From assembly GCA_964035545.1 (NCBI GenBank), contig OZ037766.1:30804773-30868772 (forward strand): a stretch of 64,000 nt of DNA. The letters run 5' to 3'. A model generated the notes under the pieces. That model worked only from the letters and a program-made list of their open reading frames with translations, was not told the DNA's origin and made no database searches. The translations under genes and the position numbers were made by a program. Below, in pieces: positions 54,283-64,000 of this stretch (positions are counted from its first letter, which is position 1; each line of letters starts with the position of its first letter). Source of the DNA: Bugula neritina (taxonomy: Eukaryota; Animalia; Bryozoa).

Positions 54283-57200
54283 CTAAAATCATGAACAACA
54301 TGTAAGTATGACAAAGTTTAATAAACTATATATATGCTAAATTGTATCGTTATCTAAGATTTCTAATAATTATTATATTATTTTTCAAAATATCTTTAGC
54401 AAAGTGATTACTAGCAAATAGAGCAATTATATTTATAGTTGCTCATTGGAATTCGCATTCTATAAAAGCCAGAAAACTTTAAATGGTACACTATATATAG
54501 TATAGCCTACTATAACATAGTGTTCAGCTTGTAAATGAAAAATCTGATTTTATGCTTTACTTGAGAGGTGAGTAGTTGTTGTGGTGGGTCTTCAGCTTAC
54601 TTTCTTTGACATTTTATTTGCTCATTCATTTTCAGCAAAATTATAGCTGCTTTGCTTTAAATACCAAATCAATTTATTTTTGTAAATATATTCATTTATT
54701 TTAAACGTCTATAGACACATTTTTATTTGCAATAAATATCAAACATGCTGTTTTAGCTCATTTTTAAAACTAAAACTGTACAGCTAAAGTATTTGTATAA
54801 TTCAAAAACCAAAATGCTCTATTAAGTGCATATATAGTGTCTACATATGCTATAGGCGGATAGTTATAAACATATTTTTGTCAATTGTGAAATAGCATAT
54901 TGTTATAATTCAGTAGTTCAACACCTTTTTAATAAGTATTCTAGAGTTTTAGTTATTAGAAAAGAAAAACAAAAAAAAGTTAGAAAACATTACAACACAT
55001 GCAGGACACATTACCACAGATGATTTATATGTTTCTCAATAATTTTTCAACGTTTGAACCTGTGCACTATACATATTAAAGATCAATAACTCTTATTGAT
55101 CCATTATAGTTTTCTATGGCTAATGCAATGCAACATGTAAAGGACAATTGCTATACTCGTTCAAACAGCTAATATCTATAGCAACTTAACAAATATAATT
55201 AAACTCACTGAATAATTGTGGTAGCTTTTATAAGTTCTGCAAGCTGAAACCCAAACAGTAAAAAATGCATACATGTTAGGGAGAAAGCTCAATACAATTC
55301 CTATAAAAAATCTACAGTGATAGGACTTAAGCCTGATTAATGTCTTTAGAGTTGCAGCTGTGAAATTGTTGTATGACTATTAAAATACAATTATCATTTT
55401 TAGATGACAAAAATGATAAGAAAAAGAAGTAAAAAACTTAAATTCTTATACTTTCATTCATCTCCTTTTCCTTGGTTCCTCATTGTTTAAGCATTTTATT
55501 TGAACCGTAATATTTTATATAGAAACTAATATGGTACACCATCAACATAGTGATTTGTTACTATATACGCCTCTCAATATGTTGCATTAATAACAGTTAT
55601 TCTAATTTTTAGCTCATTTTTAGAACTAAAATTGTACAGCTAAAGTATTTGTATAATTCAGAAGTCAAGATGTTTTAATAGGTGCACATTTAGTGTCTGC
55701 ATATGTTATAGGCAGATAGTTATAAAAATATTTTTGTCAATTGTGCATGAAGTAGCAGATTGTTATAATTCAGTAGTTCAACACCTTTTTAATAAGTATT
55801 CTAGAGTTTTAGTTATTGAAAATGAAAGACAAAAAATTTTAGAAAACAGTACAAAATATGCAGAACTTATTACCAAGGATGATTTAAATGTTTCCCAATA
55901 ATTTTTCAAACATTTGAACTTGTGCACTATACTATATTAAAGATTAATAACTCTGATTGATCTATTATAGCTTTTTATGGCTAATGCAATGCAGCATGTA
56001 AAGGACAATCGCTATACTGGTTTAAACAGTCAAGACCACTAGCAACTTAACAAATGTAATTAAACTCATTTAATAGTTGTGGTAGCTCTTATAAGTTCTG
56101 CAAACAGAAACCCAAACAGTAAAAAAAATGCATACATGTTAGGGAGAAAGCTCAATACAATTCCTATAAAATATCTACAGTGAAAGGGCTTAAGCCTGAT
56201 TAATGTCTTAAGAATTGTAGCTGTAAAATTGTTGTATGACTATTAAAATACAATTATTATTTTTAGGTGACAAAAATGATGAGGAAAAGAAGTAAAAAAC
56301 TCAAGTTCTTTTACTTTTATTCATCTCCTTTTCCTCGGTTCCTCATTGTTTAAACATTAATTTATTTGAGCTGTAATAATTTATAAAGAAGTAACTAATA
56401 TTGTACACCATGCATCAATATAGTGATTTGTTACTATATATACACCTCTCAATATGTTGCAATAACAGTTATTCTAATTTTTTTACACAAGATATTAATA
56501 GAAAATGCTTTCTCAACAGCTATATTTGCTGAATAGCTGTGTTATATTTAAAAATCAATTTGCTCACTTCGAGGAAATGTTGCTGCAATTGAGATAGATA
56601 TTCTTTTTGTTATAATACATGTCGTTGAACTATGAGTATAATATACATGTATATATTTCTAGAAAATTCAATAATTAAAAAGAATAAGATAGCAAGAATT
56701 GAAACTATATAATATAATGCTAGGCAGCATTAGCAAGTGTACTAATACTTACAATGCATTAAATTTATTAAGTTTATTTTGCTTATTTATATGATAATTA
56801 TAGTATCAAAGCTGCTGTGACAAGTATTTGTAGCGGCAGCATAATCAGTAGAATGATTAATGTCAGTTAATTTTGCATACTTTTTCCATGAGCTATTAAA
56901 GGCTATTATATTCTTACAGCTGTGTTTATGATAAATCGTTGTTGGATAAATAAATAGTACTGTAATAACAATAATAATACTAATACTGATAACAATTTAC
57001 TAATACTGATACTAATAATAATACTGATACTAATACCAATGTTAATACTATTACTGATAAAAATACTAATACTAATAAAAGTGATTCAATGAATAGTAAA
57101 ATTGCAAAGACCAATGCTTAGCAGCAACTAAGTAAAGCATAACTCTTCTGTTTTGTCAAAATCAGTAATTCTATTTATCTATAGCACCATTAGGAATAGC

Positions 57201-57687
57201 TTAAAAAAATCTGTTTTGTCTTGCAACTTAATGATCGATTCCGTTGCAAAAATAATAAATTTTTGCTTTGTTACAACTATAATATAACTTATAATAGTAC
57301 AAATTTATCTGCCCAAATTTGCTTAATTTCACTAATTCTGCATAGCTCTTCTCATAATAAATAAATAAATAAATACTGGAGTTGCTTTATTAAAAAGAAA
57401 TACAGTTTAGATATGTGTTCTTTACACTACCTATAATATATAGTACATTTTACTATAAATAGCCAAGTATTTTTGTTACTCATTTTTATTGCTATTAGTG
57501 ATAGTAATGACTTGTACTTAGAAGCATGTCTAATGCAAAGGTTTTTGAATCAAGAATGAAATTTATTTAAATAAACAAAACAAAACAAAGCATAGTTATT
57601 AGCAAAAAAGTTAACATCAAATACAAAATTGTGAAAAATTAATAGAAAGTCCGTTCTCAAATCCAGAAATCAGTAGAAGGTCAGTTG

Positions 57688-58108
57688 TTAGTAGTATCCC
57701 TTGAATGGGTATGGGCAGTAACGAAGACAGCCAACTTTCACTTTACTGCAACCATACTTGTATCCACGGTGACTGCAGACACGTTTGTATTTATATGCGC
57801 AGCATCTCTATAAGCAAAACAGAGTTTATTGCATATGGCATGTTGTGATTAAAAATGGTGCGTAGCCTATATATTAATTTGCATCAAACGTCTAATGGTA
57901 AGATATACAACACCGAAATTGACCCACCATAATAAAACACTGTACATCAATTATAATACAGAATATTTAACAAAACTCCCAATTGCAAATAAAAAGTTAT
58001 ATATTAAGTCATAAAAATACTCACACGGCGATGGTAAGATGCCTCAGTAGCTGGGGCAAAGGTCATCAGACAAACAGCAATGGCAACAACAAGGAAAAGG
58101 ACCTTCAT
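57688..58108 (-). CDS. Secreted 6-Cys Tyr/Arg/Lys-rich peptide, copy 3 (67-aa precursor)
   Basis: Exons 58108-58025 and 57807-57688. MKVLFLVVAIAVCLMTFAPATEA|SYHRRRCCAYKYKRVCSHRGYKYGCSKVKVGCLRYCPYPFKGYY*. Confidence 0.92.
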
Positions 58109-58296
58109 GATGATTTTCTGCAAGTCAAAAGTAGTATAACTAGTTAATATAAGTGATTGCACACTATAATAAAAAACAACTTCATGCATACTATTTTAAC
58201 TAAAGAAATACTTCTAATGTTACCAGCTGTTTTAATTTTGCTGCTTGCTAAAATTATCTGAGTAAGAAAACATATTCAACTTTGAATGTAACTCAC

Positions 58297-58364
58297 CTGG
58301 TTGACTTTCTTGCTTGAATATAAGCTCAGTTGTGATTTTTTTTAAATATTCTTCTACTTTTATA
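58297..58364 (-). promoter_or_regulatory. TATA box and non-coding first exon of peptide copy 3
   Basis: TATAAAAG at 58364-58357; donor CAG|GTGAGT at 58297. Confidence 0.75.
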
Positions 58365-58986
58365 CTAAACTGTGATATTCCTAATCTCTACTATAAATCA
58401 ATCGGATTGACATATTTCATCTCCTTACTTCCTTGCGGCTGTCTTTTAATAGCAGATTATTTTGAGTAATATATAATATATATTATCCTCTAGTTTAACA
58501 GAGAATATTCATACGTGTCATAAGCTCATATTATTTTGCAATCAATCACTTAATAAAAACATGTGACATCACTACCTAAATATTATAAATTTCGACTTTA
58601 TTCCAAGTAACTAAATTGTACCACCCTTTCACATGTACGACTGTTTCCTTGTTTCTGCATAAAAGTAGAATTCTAGGAAAACTTTTTCCTATTCTCATCT
58701 GCATCTTATTTTATAATGAGTCTCATCGTTTATCTACTGTGACCAGTACATGCCAGGTGCTGTCCAACTTTGAGTTTTAGTTTTTTTTTCTCTAGGCATC
58801 AGATTAGAGTTTTTTCAACATTCATGTCTGTTACATGTTGCACAATATTATGGGCATACCTTGATGGAATGAATCTATTGAATCAAAATATAATAGACAT
58901 ATAAAACACTTTTGTTCTGCAATGAATTAATATGTAGATAGTTGCTATTTTAGCTGCTGTTTTTTTAAGTATATAAATGCACCGCA

Positions 58987-59163
58987 GTAAAAATGGCACA
59001 GGTAATATTGATGGCACAAATGGCAAATTAGGCAAAAATGGCACATTTGGTTTTGAGAAAAGTTAACATCAGTGTGCCATTTTTATCCATTTTTTTCATT
59101 TGTGCAATTATTGTCTGTACTTACCATTATTGCCTGTGCCATTTCTACCTGTGCCATTTCTAC
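58987..59163. mobile_element. MITE-like element (copy of 54140-54282)
   Basis: Same TIRs; right end has a duplicated CTGTGCCATTTCTAC. Confidence 0.6.
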
Positions 59164-62100
59164 CTAAAACCATGAACAACATGTAGGTATCACAAGCTAT
59201 GACAAAGTTCAATAAACTATATATATGCGCTAAATTGTCTCGTTATCTAAGATTTCTAATAATCATTATATTATTTTTCAAAATATCTTTAGCAAAGTGA
59301 TTACTAGCAAATAGAGCAATTCTATTTATAGTTGCTCATTGGAATTCGCATTCTATAAAAGCCAGAAAACTTTAAATGGTATACTGTACTACATAGTGTT
59401 TAGCTTGTAAATGAAAAATTTGATTTTATGCTTTACTTGAGAGGTGAGTAGTTGTTGTGGTGGGTCTTCAGCTTACTTTCTTTGACATTTTATTTGCTCA
59501 TTCATTTTCAGCAAAATTATGGCTGCTTTGCTTTAAATACCAAATCAATTTATTTTTGTAAATATATTCATTTATTTTAAACGTCTATAGACACATTTTT
59601 ATTTGCAATAAATATCAAACATGCTGTTTTAGCTCATTTTTAAAACTAAAACTGTACAGCTAAAGTATTTGTATAATTCAAAAACCAAAATGCTCTATTA
59701 AGTGCATATATAGTGTCTACATATGCTATAGGCGGATAGTTATAAACATATTTTTGTCAATTGTGAAATAGCATATTGTTATAATTCAGTAGTTCAACAC
59801 CTTTTTAATAAGTATTCTAGAGTTTTAGTTATTAGAAAAGAAAAACAAAAAAAAGTTAGAAAACATTACAACACATGCAGGACACATTACCACAGATGAT
59901 TTATATGTTTCTCAATAATTTTTCAACGTTTGAACCTGTGCACTATACATATTAAAGATCAATAACTCTTATTGATCCATTATAGTTTTCTATGGCTAAT
60001 GCAATGCAACATGTAAAGGACAATTGCTATACTCGTTCAAACAGCTAATATCTATAGCAACTTAACAAATATAATTAAACTCACTGAATAATTGTGGTAG
60101 CTTTTATAAGTTCTGCAAGCTGAAACCCAAACAGTAAAAAATGCATACATGTTAGGGAGAAAGCTCAATACAATTCCTATAAAAAATCTACAGTGATAGG
60201 ACTTAAGCCTGATTAATGTCTTTAGAGTTGCAGCTGTGAAATTGTTGTATGACTATTAAAATACAATTATCATTTTTAGATGACAAAAATGATAAGAAAA
60301 AGAAGTAAAAAACTTAAATTCTTATACTTTCATTCATCTCCTTTTCCTTGGTTCCTCATTGTTTAAGCATTTTATTTGAACCGTAATATTTTATATAGAA
60401 ACTAATATGGTACACCATCAACATAGTGATTTGTTACTATATACGCCTCTCAATATGTTGCATTAATAACAGTTATTCTAATTTTTAGCTCATTTTTAGA
60501 ACTAAAATTGTACAGCTAAAGTATTTGTATAATTCAGAAGTCAAGATGTTTTAATAGGTGCACATTTAGTGTCTGCATATGTTATAGGCATATAGTTATA
60601 AAAATATTTTTGTCAATTGTGCATGAAGTAGCAGATTGTTATAATTCAGTAGTTCAACACCTTTTTAATAAGTATTCTAGAGTTTTAGTTATTGAAAATG
60701 AAAGACAAAAAATTTTAGAAAACAGTACAAAATATGCAGAACTTATTACCAAGGATGATTTAAATGTTTCCCAATAATTTTTCAAACATTTGAACTTGTG
60801 CACTATACTATATTAAAGATCAATAACTCTGATTGATCTATTATAGCTTTTTATGGCTAATGCAATGCAGCATGTAAAGGACAATCGCTATACTGGTTTA
60901 AACAGTCAAGACCACTAGCAACTTAACAAATGTAATTAAACTCATTTAATAGTTGTGGTAGCTCTTATAAGTTCTGCAAACAGAAACCCAAACAGTAAAA
61001 AAAAGTGCATACATGTTAGGGAGAAAGCTCAATACAATTCCTATAAAATATCTACAGTGAAAGGACTTAAGCCTGATTAATGTCTTAAGAGTTGCAGCTG
61101 TGAAATTGTTGTATGACTATTAAAATACAATTATTCTTTTTAGATGACAAAAATGATAAGGAAAAGAAGTAAAAAACTTGAATTTTTATACTTTTATTCA
61201 TCTCCTTTTCCTTGGTTCCTCATTGTTTAAACATTTTATTTGAGCTGTAATAATTTATATAGAAACTTATAACATTGTAAAACATATCAACATAGTGATT
61301 TGTTACTCTATATATACGCCTTTCAATATATTGCAGTAACAGTTATTCTAATTTTTTTTACACAAGATATCGATAGAAAATGTTTTCTCAACAGTTACAT
61401 TTATTGATGAGCTGTAGGAATGACACAGCTTTGTTCCAAAGTGTCCAACGTGGGTTTCTCTTTTGATTAATCGCTTCCTCAAGGAATCCTGGCTGAACAT
61501 AACCCTAGTGTGTTAGAAGCTTATTATTTAAAAATCAATTTTCTCACTTTGAGGAAATTTTGCCGCAATTGAGATAGATATTCTTTTTGTCATAACATGT
61601 CGTTGAACTATGAGTATATACATATATATATATTTCTAGAAAATTCAATAATTAAATAGAATAAAATAGCATGAATTGCAGCTATATAATATAATGCTGG
61701 GCAGCATTACCAGAAGGACTAATACTTACAATGCATTAATTTCTTCAAATTTTATTTGCTTATTTATATGATAGTTATAGTATCAACGCTGTTTTGACAG
61801 GTATTTGTATATCGGCAGCATAATCAATAGTATGATTTGATGCTGGTTAATTTTGCATACTTTTTCGATAAGCTATTAAAGGCTATTATATTCTTATAGC
61901 TGTGTTTATTATAAATCGTTGTTGGATAAATAAATAATACTGTAATAACAATAATAATACTAATATACTGATAACAATTTACTAAAACTGATACTAATAA
62001 TACCACTAATACTAATACCAATAATAATACTATTACTGATAAAAATACTAATACTAATACTAATAAAAGTGATTCAATGAATAGTAAAATTGCAAAGACC

Positions 62101-62667
62101 AATACTTAGCAACAACTAAGTAAAGCATAACCCTTCTGTTTTGTCAAAGTCAGTAATTCTACTTATTTATAGCACCATTAAAAACAGCTTAAAATGAATA
62201 ATTTTTGTCTTGCAACTTAATGATCGATTGCGTAGCAAAAATAATAAAATTTTGCTTTGTTACAACTATAATATAACTTATAATAGTACAAATTTATCTG
62301 CCCAAATTTGTTTAATTTCACTAATTCTGCATAGCTCTTGTTATAATAAATAAATAAATTAATACTGGAGTTGCTTTATTAATAAGAAATACAGTTTAGA
62401 TATGTGTTCTTTACACTGTATGGTAGATTTTGCTATACATAGCGAAGTATTTTTGTTACTCATTTTTTTTTCTATTAGTGATAGTAATGACTTGTACTTA
62501 GAAGCATGTCTAATGCAAAGGTTTTTGAATCAAGAATGAAATTTATTTAGGTCAACAAAACAAAACAGAGCATAGTTAATAGCAAAAAAGTCAACATCAA
62601 ATAAAAAATTGTGAAAAATTAATAGAAAGTTCGTTCTCAAATCCAGAAATCAGTAGAAGGTCAGTTG

Positions 62668-63084
62668 TTAGTAGTATCCTTTGAATGGGTATTGGCAGTA
62701 ACGAAGACAGCCAGCTTTTACTTTACTGCAACCATACTTGTATCCACGGTGACTGCAGACACGTTTGTATTTATATGCGCAGCATCTCTGTAAGCAAAAC
62801 AGAGTTTATTGGATATAACATGTTGTGATTAAAAATGGTGCGTAGCCTATATATTAATTTGCATCAAATGTCTAACGGTAATATACACACCAAAATTGAC
62901 TCACCATAATAAAACACTGTACATCAATTATAATACAGAATATACAAAAAATTATCAATTGCAAATAAAAAGTTATATATTAAGTCATAAAAATACTCAC
63001 ACGGCGAGGGTAAGATGCCTCAGTAGCTGGGGCAAAGGTCATCAGACAAACAGCAATGGCAACAACAAGGAAAAGAACCTTCAT
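62668..63084 (-). CDS. Secreted 6-Cys Tyr/Arg/Lys-rich peptide, copy 4 (67-aa precursor)
   Basis: Exons 63084-63001 and 62787-62668. MKVLFLVVAIAVCLMTFAPATEA|SYPRRRCCAYKYKRVCSHRGYKYGCSKVKAGCLRYCQYPFKGYY*. Confidence 0.92.
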
Positions 63085-63271
63085 GATGATTTTCTGCAAG
63101 TCAAAAGTAGTATAACTAGTTATTATAGGTGATTGCACATTATAACAAAAAAAACTTCATATGTACTATTTAAACTAAAAAAATACTTCTAATGTTACCA
63201 GCAGTATTAGGTTTGCTGCACGGTGAATTGATCTGAGTAAGAAAGGATAATCAACTTTGAATGTAACTCAC

Positions 63272-63338
63272 CTGGTTGACTTTCTTGCTTGAATATAAGC
63301 TCAGTTGTGATTCCTTTGAATATTCTTCTACTTTTATA
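63272..63338 (-). promoter_or_regulatory. TATA box and non-coding first exon of peptide copy 4
   Basis: TATAAAAG at 63338-63331; donor CAG|GTGAGT at 63272. Confidence 0.75.
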
Positions 63339-64000
63339 CTAAACTGTGATGTTCCTAATCTCTACTATAAATCAATCGGATTGACATATTTCATCTCCTT
63401 ACTTCGATCCTTGCAGCTGTCCTTTAATAGCAGATCATTTTGAGTAATATATAATATATATTATCCGCTAATTTAACAGAGAATATTCATACGTTCATAA
63501 GCTCATATTATTTTTCAATCAATCACTTTATAAAAACATGTGACATCACTACCTAAACATTATAAAGTTCGACTTTTTTCCAAGTAACCAAATTGTACCA
63601 CCCTTTCACATGTATAACTGTTTCCTTGTTTCTGCATAAAAATAGAATTCCAGAAAAACCTTTTTCCTATTCTTATCTACATCTTATTCTGTAATGAGTC
63701 TCATCATTTACCTACTGTGACTAATACATGCCAGGTGCTGTCCAGCTTTGAGTTTTAGTTTTTTTACTCTAAGCATTAGATTAGAGTTTTTTCAACGCTC
63801 ATGGCTGTTACATGTTGCACAATATTATAGGCATACCTTGATAAAATGCATCTATTGAATCAAAATATAATACACACATGTAAAACATTTTTGTCCTGCA
63901 ATGAATTATTATGTAAATAGTTGCTATTTTAGCTGCTGTTTTTTTAAGTATTTTAATGCACTGATGAGTTAAGCTGGTATGACTGTATATATGAAAATGA

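Larger units (their letters stand above)
52070..64000. repeat. Tandem array of ~4.9-5.0 kb units, each with one peptide gene; continues past the window end
   Basis: Stop codons at 52792, 57688, 62668 (spacing 4896 and 4980). (AATACT)n tracts at ~52080, ~56955, ~61935. Internal ~855-bp direct duplication in the two complete units (~54750/55606 and ~59627/60481). Confidence 0.95.

Noticed and set aside
61824-62102. Hydrophobic LVLVL ORF resembling a membrane protein
   Set aside because: Translation of the (AATACT)n low-complexity tract.

Overview
This is AT-rich, intron-containing animal (invertebrate) genomic DNA; I cannot name the species from sequence alone. Nearly all real genes are split into short exons, so the ORF track misses them, and I rebuilt them by hand from GT-AG junctions and frame continuity. 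In order: (1) a 5'-truncated type I membrane protein with two F-type-lectin/F5-8C-like domains, an EGFR-like furin/L-domain/Cys-rich ectodomain, a TM helix and a short tail with no kinase (25-12748), carrying a decayed Academ-like DNA transposon in one intron; (2) two tandem rolling stone/FAR-17a-AIG1-like multipass membrane genes; (3) two tandem kinase-less EGFR-ectodomain-like receptors with Tyr-motif tails; (4) a cluster of small secreted, strongly cationic Cys-rich peptide genes: one 10-Cys Arg-rich CSab-defensin-like gene (+) and at least four copies (-) of a 6-Cys Tyr/Arg/Lys-rich peptide, three of them in ~4.9 kb tandem units running off the window end. tRNA-derived SINEs, MITE-like inverted repeats, a long hairpin and several mini/microsatellites are interspersed. 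The best candidates for undescribed biology are the peptide array and the lectin-like/kinase-less receptor family next to it. Novelty has not been checked against databases.
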